A stretch of DNA of 63,472 nt, filler included, from Octopus bimaculoides (lineage: Eukaryota), in NCBI RefSeq assembly GCF_001194135.2. It is 6 parts of 6 records of this genome, joined end to end, with 100 filler letters (N's around TTAATTAATTAA, not from the genome) between each part and the next. Parts side by side here need not be neighbours in the genome. Positions count along the whole stretch, not along the records: positions 40,034 to 51,121 come from NC_069004.1; positions 51,222 to 53,147 come from NW_026374114.1; positions 53,248 to 60,479 come from NC_068993.1; positions 60,580 to 63,472 come from NW_026336772.1; 2 more parts are not named here. One strand, given 5' to 3'. The translations under genes and the position numbers were made by a program. The notes under the pieces are model-generated. The model ran no database searches, was not told the DNA's origin, and was given only the letters and a program-made list of their open reading frames with translations. How positions within the stretch are numbered: the first letter of the stretch is position 1; each line of letters begins with the position of its first letter. Below, piece after piece: positions 48,638 through 61,860 of the stretch.

Positions 48638-50690
48638 GTATGTGTGTGTGTGTGTGTGTGTGAGAGTGTGTGTGTGATGCANNNNNNNNNNTGTGAGAGT
48701 GTGTGTGTGATGCATAGATATATAGACATATATATAAATACATACGTAACACTTATTTTAACACATACAAACTTATAAACATACATATATACATACATAT
48801 ATAACATAAATAGACACATGTATATACAGATACATACATACATACACATATACACATATTCATACATACATATACAACATATATGCATGCATATATACAT
48901 CTTGTTACATGCACACATATGCACATACAATTATACACACATACATACATATAGAAATAGATATACATACATGCTTACATGTGTGTGCGTGCATGTGTGA
49001 GTGTGGATGTCAAATTTTGGTGTGTGATGTAAGCAAAGTTATGGTGATAAATGGTGTGTGTATGTATGTGTATGTATGTGCATGTGTATGTGTATGTGTG
49101 TGTGTGAGTGTGTATACGTGTGTGAGCGAGAGAGACAGACAGACAGAAAGAAAGATCGCGAGAGAAAGAAAGAAAAGAAAGTAAAAAGAAAAGAGAAAAA
49201 GAAGGAAGGAAAGAAGAAAAGAAGGAAGAAAAAAGAAAGAAGGAAACAAAGAAAGAAAGAGAACAAAGAAAGAAAGAAAGAAAAGGGAAGAAAGAAAGAA
49301 AGATAGAAAGAAAATAAGAGAAAAGAAAAGAGAAAAAAGTGAGGAAAGAGAGAGAAGAGAGTTTAAAAGTGTGTGAAAGAGAAAAGAAGGGAGAAGAAGA
49401 AGTGGAGAGAAATAAGTGTGAAGGAGAGGAGGACAAGAGTATAGGAAGGAGTGAGAGTGAGAGTGAGAGTTAAGGTGGGAATGGGAGTGAGGGAAAATGA
49501 AAGTAAGAAGAGATACAGAGATGGGGGGGGGAGATGTGAGAGTGGATGAAGAGAGAGATGAATTTGAGAGTGAGGGGGAAGGAAGTAGATAGATAGATAG
49601 AGAGAGAGAGAGGGGGAGAGAGAGAGATGGATGAGGAGAGAAAGGAGAGTAAGTTGGAGAGTAGGAGAACGGGCAAAAGGGGAGATACAGAAGTTAGAAA
49701 AAGGGAGAGAGATTAAAGGTGAGAGAAACAGAGAGAAAGAAGAGAGAGAGTCTATGTGTGTATAGAGATGGAGAGAGAGAGACAGGGAGAGAGAGAGAGA
49801 CAGACAGAGAGAGAGAGACAGACAGAGAGAGACAGACAGAGAGAGACAGACAGAGAGAGAGAGAGGGACACACAGAAAGAGAGACACACACAGAGAGATA
49901 GAGAGAGACAGAGAGAGAGAGACAGAGAGAGAGAGACAGAGAGAGACAGAGAGACAGAGAGAGAGAGAGAGACAGAGAGAGAGAGACAGAGAGATAGAGA
50001 GACAGAGAGAGAGAGAGACAGAGAGTGAGAGAGACAGAGAGAGGGAGAGATGGTACATCATCTGTTAATGTGCGTGTTCGTGTGTGTATGTGTAAATGTC
50101 AGTGCGATTGTGTGTGTGTGTATGTGTGTGTGTGTGAGTGTGTATGTGTGTGTGTGCCTGTGAGTGTGTGTGCATTTACATTTTCATAATTTACTCAGTT
50201 AAAGGCTTTTTAATATCCTATACATACATGAATATACGTGTGTGTATTTATATATATACATACATAGATATATATATGAGAGTGCGTGTGTGTGTTTGTA
50301 CGTATAGATATAAATAGGCATACACATACATACGTACATACATACATGCATGCCGACACATGCATACATACGTATACACAGACATACATGCATACATATA
50401 TGCATACGTACATAAATATATACCTACACACACATACATACATGCAGACATACATACACGCACACATACCTGCATACATACATGCATACATATATGCATA
50501 CACACATACATACATACATACATACATACACACACATACATTCATACATGCATACACACACACATACATATATGCATACATACACACACCCATATATTCA
50601 TACATACATATATGCATACACACAAGCATGCATATACCCACACATACAAACACACCCACACAGTCATGCATACATGCATACAAAGTGAGT
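48530..50690. repeat. ~2.2-kb simple-sequence domain: (TA/CA)n, (GAAA)n, (GA)n/(GACA)n, (TG)n, (TACA)n
   Basis: Directly visible. It is the source of the many low-complexity ORFs between 48421 and 50765. Confidence 0.95.
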
Positions 50691-50826
50691 GGTGACTGGA
50701 CTGACAGAACCGATAGAACGGCGGGAAATGCTGTGCTGTATTTATCCGGTCTCTTTACGTTTTGAGTTCAAATCCCGCCATGGCCAACTTTGCCTTTCAT
50801 CATCTCGGGGTCGACAAAAACACAAG
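50690..50826 (+). mobile_element. SINE family B, 3'-truncated
   Basis: TTTACGTTTTGAGTTCAAATCCCGCC..AACTTTGCCTTTCATCATCTCGGGGTCGAC. Confidence 0.75.
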
Positions 50827-50909
50827 GTAAGTGACTGTCGAATTCTATTATACGCACATTCAACCTCCCCTGAAAAGGGCCGATTTTAAAAATTACTTTT
50901 TGATATATC

Positions 50910-51066
50910 GGCGTGTCTGTGTGAGTAAGAAGCTTGGTTCGCAACCATGTGGTCTTGAGTACAGTCCCGCTGCACGGTACCTTGGGTAAGTGTGCCATAG
51001 CCCAGCACTGCAAACCAAAGTTTTGTGAGTGGATTTGGTACACGGAAACTGAAAGAAGCCCGTCGT
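50910..51066 (+). mobile_element. SINE family A head
   Basis: CAACCATGTGG..ACCTTGGGTAAGTGT..GTGAGTGGATTTGGTACACGGAAACTGAAAGAAGCCCGTCG, then (TG)n and a scaffold join. Confidence 0.85.
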
Positions 51067-51081
51067 GCATTTATGTGTGTC

Positions 51082-51121
<40 letters not shown>

Positions 51122-51336
51122 NNNNNNNNNNNNNNNNNNNNNNNNNNNNNNNNNNNNNNNNNNNNTTAATTAATTAANNNNNNNNNNNNNNNNNNNNNNN
51201 NNNNNNNNNNNNNNNNNNNNNCACACACACACACACACACACACATACATACACACACGCGCGCGATTAGACATACACAGGAATACGCACAACTCCATAC
51301 AGACAATCACACACGCACATAGTCATACATACATAG

Positions 51337-51374
<38 letters not shown>

Positions 51375-51384
51375 NNNNNNNNNN

Positions 51385-51415
<31 letters not shown>

Positions 51416-51769
51416 CACGGTGGCAAACACAGTTCCATGCAGTTTATGATATGTGCGTGCTTATGGATACAGGTATACATATGATTTTATTTCATTGTAT
51501 AATGTCAGAAGAAAACTAAATCAAGAACGATATCACTGCTGATATAAATCTATATACCACAATATCTCTAGTTACGTCTCGTTGTCTCATTTCAATGGTA
51601 TATTTATGATATCCAATAGAAGACATTGCCTATAAAAAGATTTATCAGACATCTTTACAAATTTAGAATAACTTGTCCAGCGACTTGCTGTTTTAGTTGT
51701 TGGACGATCGGGAGAGGGGTGAGGAGTAGGAGGAGGATGAACCGGAAAAGGAAACAATGACGACGATGA

Positions 51770-51894
51770 GGGCGACTGCTGCGGTGATGGAGGCGGCGGC
51801 GGCGGTGATGGAGGCGGCGGCGGCGGCGGCGGCGGTGATGGAGGCGGCGGCGGCGGTGGCGGTGGTGGTGGTCGTCGTCGTCGTCGTAGTGAGG
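51770..51894. repeat. (GGC)n array with GGTGATGGA spacers
   Basis: GCGGTGATGGAGGCGGCGGCG occurs three times with variable GGC number. Confidence 0.9.
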
Positions 51895-53104
51895 NNNNNN
51901 NNNNNNNNNNNNNNNNNNNNNNNNNNNNNNNNNNNNNNNNNNNNNNNNNNNNNNNNNNNNNNNNNNNNNNNNNNNNNNNNNNNNNNNNNNNNNNNNNNNN
52001 NNNNNNNNNNNNNNNNNNNNNNNNNNNNNNNNNNNNNNNNNNNNNNNNNNNNNNNNNNNNNNNNNNNNNNNNNNNNNNNNNNNNNNNNNNNNNNNNNNNN
52101 NNNNNNNNNNNNNNNNNNNNNNNNNNNNNNNNNNNNNNNNNNNNNNNNNNNNNNNNNNNNNNNNNNNNNNNNNNNNNNNNNNNNNNNNNNNNNNNNNNNN
52201 NNNNNNNNNNNNNNNNNNNNNNNNNNNNNNNNNNNNNNNNNNNNNNNNNNNNNNNNNNNNNNNNNNNNNNNNNNNNNNNNNNNNNNNNNNNNNNNNNNNN
52301 NNNNNNNNNNNNNNNNNNNNNNNNNNNNNNNNNNNNNNNNNNNNNNNNNNNNNNNNNNNNNNNNNNNNNNNNNNNNNNNNNNNNNNNNNNNNNNNNNNNN
52401 NNNNNNNNNNNNNNNNNNNNNNNNNNNNNNNNNNNNNNNNNNNNNNNNNNNNNNNNNNNNNNNNNNNNNNNNNNNNNNNNNNNNNNNNNNNNNNNNNNNN
52501 NNNNNNNNNNNNNNNNNNNNNNNNNNNNNNNNNNNNNNNNNNNNNNNNNNNNNNNNNNNNNNNNNNNNNNNNNNNNNNNNNNNNNNNNNNNNNNNNNNNN
52601 NNNNNNNNNNNNNNNNNNNNNAGAAAGAGAGAAAGAAAGAAAGAGAGAAAGAAAGAAAGATGTTGATGGTGGTGAGAAGGAGGAGGAGGAGGAGAAGTTT
52701 ATTAGCCTTTTCCTTTCATTTTTGTTAATATCGAAGGAAATAATGATGATGATGATTAGGAGGAGGAAGAGCAAGAGGAAGAGGAGGAGGAGGAGGAGCA
52801 GGAGGAGCAGGAGGAGCAGGTAGAGGAAGAGGAGGTGGAGGAGGTGGAGGTGAAGGAAAATAAAAACGATGATGGCGATGTTACTGTATTTAATTTTATT
52901 GTAGTTAGGGGTGTTTTTGTTGCTACTTCAGTTGTTTCGTTGTTGTTGTTGCTATTGATATTTCTTCAGTTTGTTGACAGCTTTTCTCCAGAAACCATAG
53001 GAAATTGCGTTCGGCTTTTAATAGACCTTATTCGGTTAAACATATAAATAAATGAAATTAAGGGCAAGAAAGACGAATACGAAGAAATTATGACGAGAAT
53101 GTTT

Positions 53105-53147
<43 letters not shown>

Positions 53148-53247
53148 NNNNNNNNNNNNNNNNNNNNNNNNNNNNNNNNNNNNNNNNNNNNTTAATTAAT
53201 TAANNNNNNNNNNNNNNNNNNNNNNNNNNNNNNNNNNNNNNNNNNNN

Positions 53248-53326
<79 letters not shown>

Positions 53327-54794
53327 TAGAAAGAGAAAATGAGAGAGAAAGTGGGTGAAGGGGTGTGCTATCATGTATATATACATACATCAATATACAT
53401 CAATAAATATGCGTACATCTTTTTTGTATGTACGTGTGCATGTGTGTGTGTGTGAGAGAGAGTGTAAGTGAGTGAACGCGTGTGTTCCCAAGTATGTGTA
53501 AGTGGCACACTCTCTCTCTTTATCACAAATACACACACACACACACACACACAGACACACACACACATACACATCAATTTCATATACACGTCCATACATC
53601 TTTGACTTTCTTCTCTCTTTCACTTTAAAACAAAAGTAAAATTTGATTTTCAGGATAAAAGTTGTTAAAAAATAGCTTCGATTTATGTAAATTGACTACT
53701 ATTGTTTGGATAGTTCCAATTAAATAAGTCCAGAAGTTAGGTTAAANNNNNNNNNNNNNNNNNNNNNNNNNNNNNNNNNNNNNNNNNNNNNNNNNNNNNN
53801 NNNNNNNNNNNNNNNNNNNNNNNNNNNNNNNNNNNNNNNNNNNNNNNNNNNNNNNNNNNNNNNNNNNNNNNNNNNNNNNNNNNNNNNNNNNNNNNNNNNN
53901 NNNNNNNNNNNNNNNNNNNNNNNNNNNNNNNNNNNNNNNNNNNNNNNNNNNNNNNNNNNNNNNNNNNNNNNNNNNNNNNNNNNNNNNNNNNNNNNNNNNN
54001 NNNNNNNNNNNNNNNNNNNNNNNNNNNNNNNNNNNNNNNNNNNNNNNNNNNNNNNNNNNNNNNNNNNNNNNNNNNNNNNNNNNNNNNNNNNNNNNNNNNN
54101 NNNNNNNNNNNNNNNNNNNNNNNNNNNNNNNNNNNNNNNNNNNNNNNNNNNNNNNNNNNNNNNNNNNNNNNNNNNNNNNNNNNNNNNNNNNNNNNNNNNN
54201 NNNNNNNNNNNNNNNNNNNNNNNNNNNNNNNNNNNNNNNNNNNNNNNNNNNNNNNNNNNNNNNNNNNNNNNNNNNNNNNNNNNNNNNNNNNNNNNNNNNN
54301 NNNNNNNNNNNNNNNNNNNNNNNNNNNNNNNATATATGTATGTATGTATATATACATGCATATATATATATGTGTGTGTGTATGTTTGTATGTATGTATC
54401 TATCTATCAATATATACAACACACAGTTATGTATACGTATGCGTGTATGCATGTATGTTTATCTTCACCTTACGTCACACTAACATATTTCAATTAGAAG
54501 TAAGGCTAACTGAGAGGTACTATGCGGGAAATGTGGCTTATTTTCATTATTTGGCATGGATTACAGACATTGAACGTCAAAGAATATTCTATCTCTTGTA
54601 GATGCCAAATGATAACCCTATCAGACTTCTGCTTTTTACAAGTTCTAGCTCTGAACACAATTGTAGCCAGATTTCCTATCAGGTATTAAACAACAGCAAC
54701 ACCATTCCCACCACTACTACCACCAGCACCAGCACTAATAACCGCAGAAACAGTCAGAACAACTGGCAACATTAAAACCAAGTTACAACTTCTT

Positions 54795-54910
54795 TCGTTT
54801 CGTGTTCAAATCACGCCGAGATCAATTTAGTCTTTTACCTTTCAAGAGTCGATAAATACCAGTTAAATACTAGAATCGTTTAATGAAATAACCTCTCCCC
54901 AACTTCCCAG
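54795..54910 (+). mobile_element. SINE family B, old fragment
   Basis: GTGTTCAAATCACGCCGAG..TTTTACCTTTCAAGAGTCGATAAATACCAGTT. Confidence 0.55.
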
Positions 54911-55653
54911 AACGTGCAGAAAAATTATTAGAAATGACAAAATTTAATATCAATGAAGTTATTTAATCGGATTTGTGTGGACACGATTTCACTTTAAAAA
55001 AGAAAGAACGAAAAACCAACTTTTCTTCATCTTTGCCCCACATCTTTCTTTCTTTATGTATGTATGTATGTATGTATGTATGTATGTATGTATGTATCTA
55101 TCTATCTATCTATCTATCTATCAATGAATATTTCATCGAACTTACATTTCTTGGCAAATTTCCTATTTAATTTTTATCCCGTTCTTCATACTCTTCTTAC
55201 TATCACACATACACACACACACAAATACATACAGATAAACACACACACACATATAAGTACACGTACACATAAACGTGTATATATATGTGTGTGTGTATGT
55301 GTGTGTGTGTGTGTATGTATATGCATACGCGCGCACACACACACATATATATATGCATTTACTATTTTACTGAAGCAGTAAAAAAAACTCCACAAATTAT
55401 TACTCAGAATTTTACTTAACTGTTCAACAGAAAGTTGTGATGAAATTCTGAGTAACAGTTTGTGAAGTTTTTCGGCTTCAATTAAACAGCACATTACTCT
55501 ACCTTTGGTATTCGAGTACTATTTTCTCTTTCTTGTTTTGCACCTATGTGCTTGTATGTATGTATGTATGCATGTATGTATGTATGTATGTATGTATGTA
55601 TGTATGTATGCAGGTAAGTAGCTATTTATGTAGATATGTATGCGTGCAGACGG

Positions 55654-55684
<31 letters not shown>

Positions 55685-56462
55685 TGTATGTATGTATGTA
55701 TATGAAAACACATTAGTTTTTGTGAACTCAATGCATTTTCATAACTACTGTCTTTCCTACATTCGACTCAACATCAATGCTACGCCATAAAATCCCAGTA
55801 CTGATGCGATTCTAGAACTGTGCAGAATTTGAACTCAGCATGGCAAATCTTGAATCCCTCTCTAATACTCCACAATTACAAGATTTTACTTATGCGAATG
55901 TTATTTTTTTTTGACCGAGAAAAACAGACAAAAAAAAATACTCCCTCACCTCTTGCCATCTCCCTTTTCTTCCTGTATAAATTCATGAGGTGAGTTACTT
56001 TTCCTCACTCTTTTGAGGTGGGTGGATATTCATTTAAAAGAAATGAAAAAAAGGAAACAAGAAAATAAACAAATTAATAAATAAACAAACAAACAAACAA
56101 CTAACAAACAATGACATACCTATAGTATAGATCGACCAGAGTAACAAGACGTATTAGCTTCAAACAACGATTACAACCAGATTATCATATTTTCAAGATT
56201 AAAATGTTGATTGACAAGGATTACATAATTAAAGTCTTGTTTATCCTGAGCAGATAATACGAGTAGCATTAAGCACAATGTTTTCACCTTATCGTCTCGA
56301 TTTGATAGACTAGAGGCAATGTTTTAAGGATGACATCAAAACCGTTGAAAATGATATGAGTTTACTCGTGAAACACGGTACCTGTGTTTCACCTTTTCCC
56401 AGGTAGCATGGGTGACTTAGTGTTAAAAATTGGATGGTTGTTAATATCCGAATTTAGGTAAC

Positions 56463-56590
56463 AGAGCATGGTTATGTGGTTAAGAAGTTCGTTTCGTAAC
56501 CGCGTGGTATCAGGTTCAGTTCCACTGCGAGGTATTTCGCGCTAGCGTCTTCTATTATTGGTCAACCAATAAATACATTGTAGGTGAAAG
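56463..56590 (+). mobile_element. SINE family A head, old
   Basis: CATGGTTATGTGGTTAAGAAGTT..CAGGTTCAGTTCCACTGCGAGGTA..GTCTTCTATTA. Confidence 0.6.
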
Positions 56591-56661
56591 TGGCATATGA
56601 AATCTCAGCCAAAGTTCATCGTCTACATACATATAGACGCATATATATATATATATACATA

Positions 56662-56942
56662 TATAATTCCAAGGTTTCAAATTTGTATGTTTAAAAATGT
56701 AAAGACTCACAACACGATCGATCTATATTCCATTTATTTAATTATTTACCATTCGATGTCAACATTTCTGTGCCCAACTCTATCCAGCGACTGATCCGTT
56801 GGATGTCTGATGTCAGTTGGGCACAGAAATGTTGACATCGAATGGTAAATAATTAAATAAATGGAATATAGATCGGTCGTGTTGTGAGTCTCTACATTTT
56901 TAAACATTTTTAAACATACAAATTTGAAACCTTGGAAGTATA
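56662..56942. repeat. Long near-perfect inverted repeat (foldback)
   Basis: Left arm 56662-56779 (118 bp), spacer 56780-56814 (35 bp), right arm 56815-56942. Three mismatches, plus a 10-bp tandem duplication (CATTTTTAAA) in the right arm. Confidence 0.97.
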
Positions 56943-57927
56943 AACAATGAGAACGACCCTTAAGGAATCTAATAAATGATCCTTTTGGGGTGAAGTCTTA
57001 TGCTATATTGGTAGCGATTACGAAATTCACTGGAAAATTATATATATATANNNNNNNNNNNNNNNNNNNNNNNNNNNNNNNNNNNNNNNNNNNNNNNNNN
57101 NNNNNNNNNNNNNNNNNNNNNNNNNNNNNNNNNNNNNNNNNNNNNNNNNNNNNNNNNNNNNNNNNNNNNNNNNNNNNNNNNNNNNNNNNNNNNNNNNNNN
57201 NNNNNNNNNNNNNNNNNNNNNNNNNNNNNNNNNNNNNNNNNNNNNNNNNNNNNNNNNNNNNNNNNNNNNNNNNNNNNNNNNNNNNNNNNNNNNNNNNNNN
57301 NNNNNNNNNNNNNNNNNNNNNNNNNNNNNNNNNNNNNNNNNNNNNNNNNNNNNNNNNNNNNNNNNNNNNNNNNNNNNNNNNNNNNNNNNNNNNNNNNNNN
57401 NNNNNNNNNNNNNNNNNNNNNNNNNNNNNNNNNNNNNNNNNNNNNNNNNNNNNNNNNNNNNNNNNNNNNNNNNNNNNNNNNNNNNNNNNNNNNNNNNNNN
57501 NNNNNNNNNNNNNNNNNNNNNNNNNNNNNNNNNNNNNNNNNNNNNNNNNNNNNNNNNNNNNNNNNNNNNNNNNNNNNNNNNNNNNNNNNNNNNNNNNNNN
57601 NNNNNNNNNNNNNNNNNNNNNNNNNNNNNNNNNNNNNNNNNNNNNNNNNNNNNNNNNNNNNNNNNNNNNNNNNNNNNNNNNNNNNNNNNNNNNNNNNNNN
57701 NNNNNNNNNNNNNNNNNNNNNNNNNNNNNNNNNNNNNNNNNNNNNNNNNNNNNNNNNNNNNNNNNNNNNNNNNNNNNNNNNNNNNNNNNNNNNNNNNNNN
57801 NNNNNNNNNNNNNNNNNNNNNNNNNNNNNNNNNNNNNNNNNNNNNNNNNNNNNNNNNNNNNNNNNNNNNNNNNNNNNNNNNNNNNNNNNNNNNNNNNNNN
57901 NNNNNNNNNNNNNNNNNNNNNNNNNNN

Positions 57928-57988
<61 letters not shown>

Positions 57989-58003
57989 TATATATACATA
58001 TAT

Positions 58004-58167
58004 ACGATGGGCTTCTTTCAATTTCCGTCTACAAATCCACTCACAAGGCTTTGGTCGGCCCGAAGCTGTAGGAGAAGACACTTGCCCAAGGTACCACGCA
58101 GTGGGACTGAACCTGTAACCATGTGGTTGATAAGCAATCTACTTACCACACACCCGCTCCTGCGCCT
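58004..58167 (-). mobile_element. SINE family A head (remainder probably in the gap 57051-57927)
   Basis: Ends ..ACTTACCACACACCCGCTCCTGCGCCT on +. Confidence 0.88.
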
Positions 58168-58171
58168 ATAT

Positions 58172-58600
58172 ATTCTTTTATTCTTTTACTTGTTTCAGTC
58201 ATTTGGCTGCGGTCATGCTGGAGTACCACCTTTAGTCGAACAAATCGATCCCAGGATTTATTCTTTGAAAGCCTAGTACTTATTCAATCGGTCTATTTTG
58301 ACGAACCGCTAAGTTACGGGGACATAAACACACCAGCATCGGTTGTCAAGCGATGGTAGGATGACAAACACACACACAAGCATGTACAGATACACATACA
58401 CGCGCCCGTGCGTACGCACACACACACACACATATATATATATATACAACGGGCTTCTTTCAGTTTCCGTCTACCAAATCCACTCACAAGGCTTTGATCG
58501 GTCCGAGGCTATAGTAGAACACACTTGCCTAAGGTGTTACGCAGTGGGACTGAACCCGGAAGCATGTGATTGGTAAGCAAGCTACTCACCACACAACCAC
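58172..58600 (-). mobile_element. SINE family A, near full length, tandem with the previous copy
   Basis: Its tail begins 4 bp after the head of the 58004-58167 copy. Confidence 0.9.
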
Positions 58601-58636
58601 ATATATATACATACGTACATACATACATACATATAT

Positions 58637-58669
<33 letters not shown>

Positions 58670-58670
58670 T

Positions 58671-58728
<58 letters not shown>

Positions 58729-59755
58729 TAATATATACTCACACACACAGACACTAAGACAGACACACACTCACATACATACACACATACATGCACACAC
58801 TCATGCACACATATCTCTAATGGAATTCAGTAAAAACGTTTTCAGACACTAACCATTGTTTCATTGAAATTAACGTGAAACTTGACATTGTGAATATATG
58901 GCAATTTGGAAGTAATTAAGATGATATTTACTAATTCCCAATTACTGAGGCATTGAAATATTTTTGATTATCGTTGCTTGATATTTACTTGATATGTTTA
59001 CCTCCATCATAAACATTCTTCTATATGGCATATTTTTTAGAACTCAGTGTACTCCACAGAATTTTGGTGAGATTTTAAAACAATGTGGCTTTGTGATACA
59101 ATAATCTACGTCTGTTAGTCACAAGTGTCTAAATTAAACGACATTTCTAGGTTCTTCTCAAATATTTTCCATGTTATTTGTACCAAAGAGAAAAACACAC
59201 AAAAGCCATATTTTAGAAATATTAGTATCATTAAAATCTTTTTTGAAATTTGCAGTATTTTTTAAACAAATAGCTACAAATTCTTCATAAATACTATGAG
59301 TTTGAAGTTATACTTTGAGTTTGAAGTTAAACTCATCGGGTCACTCGTCTTTAATTCTTTTTGATACGGATCCACACAAAACCGTCTCAGTCAAAATCTT
59401 CCATCAATATTCCATATTAATTTATGTCATAAGCATAAGCTTAACAAGGACAAAGTTATCGTATTAAATTGTTCATTATTTAAAAAATTAATTGAAACTA
59501 AGGCAGTGTATTTCAATAGAAAAATGGCAACAAAAGGTTTAGTATGAAAAAAAATTGAGACTAAACTGTATTAAAGTGCAATGTTTAAAAGTGTGTGGAA
59601 TCATATTTGCCCAGCAGAGTTATCCACAACAATTTAAATTTAAAAAGAATCATGTTTCAATCTTTTTAAAATTTTAATTGTTGTCATGTAATGCACCATT
59701 CAGTTCATTTAGATATGTTGTAAGAATTATTTAGTAAGTCGTGTGAGATGGCGCA

Positions 59756-59814
59756 TTGTGCCCTTGAACAAGACACGTTATTTCATATTCTTCTAGTCAA
59801 CTTAGCTATAAATG
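59756..59814 (+). mobile_element. SINE family C central fragment
   Basis: TTGTGCCCTTGAACAAGACACGTTATTTCATATT..CTTAGCTATAAATG compared with GTGTCCTTGAGCAAGACACTTTATTTCATGTT..CTCAGCTGTAGAAATG in the 34499-34839 copy. Confidence 0.55.
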
Positions 59815-60290
59815 TGTATCGCCTTTATACAATTTTCTCTTCCTCCAACAGTTACATTCTGGATGTGTTGTTGGATGAGGGTCTGCGAGGGTGTCTATAT
59901 TGCTAGCAACTATAAAAATACCCAGAAAATATTAGGGAAAGCCCAGTACATATTACCAAGTCAAAATCACTCGCCTGTGACAGTTGGCTATAGTTTTCAA
60001 TATATCGTAAAAATGTTATTTTCGAAGTTATTCCTTGTCTCAGTTGGTTCCCTCTAAAAACATCTTGGATAAATGGTAACAATTCTGTGAATGGTTCATT
60101 CTGTAACTATCTTCTTTTCATGACGAAATCTCCATTATGTGTGCCAACTTCTTCCAAAAGACATTTAAAAATTCTTTGTTGTGCTTTGGCTCTGACAGAA
60201 TATATAATTTTAATGATTATTAACATAACTTCATCAAAATTCAGTTCCACATAATAATGAGTGGTGTAGTATGGAGTGCTGAGCAATAGA

Positions 60291-60450
60291 GTAAGAAAGC
60301 TACTTAACACACAGCTTGCTTACCAACCACACGGTTCCGGGTTCAGTCTCATTGCAGGGCACCTTAGGCAAGTGTCTTCTACTATAGCCTCGAGCCGACT
60401 AAAGCCTTGTGAGTGGATTTGGTAGACGGAAACTGAAAGAAGCCCGTTCG
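60291..60450 (+). mobile_element. SINE family A head with an inverted 5' segment
   Basis: 60291-60315 is the reverse complement of the normal head 5' part. Normal orientation resumes at 60316. Confidence 0.85.
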
Positions 60451-61479
60451 TATATATGTATATATATATATATATATATNNNNNNNNNNNNNNNNNNNNN
60501 NNNNNNNNNNNNNNNNNNNNNNNTTAATTAATTAANNNNNNNNNNNNNNNNNNNNNNNNNNNNNNNNNNNNNNNNNNNNGAGAGAGAGAGAGAGAGAGAG
60601 AGATAGAGAAAGAGAGAGAGAGAGAGAAAATCGCGGCATAAGAAGACTACGTAGGTTTCTTGACTCTCGAGCTGTTCCCTGTACAACGTGTGCTGAAAAC
60701 CCGCGTTGAAACAAAAATGGATCTATCTGCCTAAAATGTATATATTAAAGGTGTCCAGGACATGGAGATATATTCTTTAAAGGATTTTGTTACGTGTTCG
60801 TTTCTCCCTTAATGGATTATAATTGCGAAAGCGAAACTTAAGCCCGAACATGTGTCCGTCAACTTGAACGTAAATAACAATCGTCGAAATTGTCTTCCGT
60901 TAAGTTTGTTACTGTTTGCTCTGACAAGAACATAAGGTAAGACGAATTTATTGTGACTTTCACACATATCTTATTGAAAATTCTCTGAAGTTAAACATTT
61001 TAAGTCTTTTTATTCCAATTCTCAATCACTTTTCATTCATTCTCTCTTGGCTTTCATATATAACCTACACATTACTTGCTAATGTTTAGGCGATCTTTCC
61101 TTTTGAGAACAGCCATCTAGACGTCCGTAAAGTTGCACACTATTTAGACTCTCTTACATTCTCTCCCGCCCTCTGGATGTTCCTAAAATTATATATTTCG
61201 ATCTTTTTGCACCTACGTAAAGTACACTATTTTAGAATTATCTTACTGTACCTTTTTCTCCCATCCTATTAAGGACCACTTTATTTCTCTCCTACACATA
61301 ACGACACCACTTGTTTCAGACTCCTCGTCTCATATTCCATCTCTCATTGAATTTTCCTTTCTCTATCTCTTCGACACAAAACTTCTTTATCGTTCTCGCA
61401 AACAACCCATTACTGGCTCACTCTCTTTCTCTGAAATTTTCCGCTCTCTCTCACCTTTAGTCTATAAAAACCAACAGAT

Positions 61480-61860
61480 GGACATCAACAACCACAAATT
61501 CATTTAGAATCAGATTCAGGCAAACAAAATACAAAAGGTGCGTTGGAATCGGTAGTTCAAAGAGCTCCGTCTCTTTATTCGAGGACGGAGAGTATGAACG
61601 ACCTGACAGCGGCGGCCTTGAAAAGCTATGGTTACCATAAGTCCATGGCACAGATTGTTAGAAAGAAACGAGTTCATACGCTCCTGTGCTCTTGTCAAGC
61701 CGTTTATCAACCTTCTAGAAATTTGCATAAGGTGGAAGTAGGTGTCTTCAAAAAGGGAACTAGACAATCTCCTCTCCATAATACCGGATGAACCAAACAG
61801 CCCGACATGAGGTACAGACGGTTACTCGTTGGAAAACCTATTAAAAGCAGTGACTCGATC
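61480..61860 (+). mobile_element. CR1/L2-type LINE 3' end
   Basis: VVQRAPSLYSRT..SRNLHKVEVGVFK-(frameshift)-ELDNLLSIIPDEP (cf. FKR.LD..L..IPDEP). Confidence 0.6.

Noticed and set aside
49363-50765. Long ORFs of 100-232 aa (SL-, ER-, HT- and CV-rich)
   Set aside because: Purely dinucleotide and tetranucleotide repeat translations.
51587-52774. 395-aa poly-Pro and 323-aa poly-Ala ORFs
   Set aside because: (GGC)n repeats joined across 727 N; not a real reading frame.
59812-60057. 81-aa ORF with a WMCCW motif
   Set aside because: No recognisable domain, no splice signals, and within the length expected by chance.
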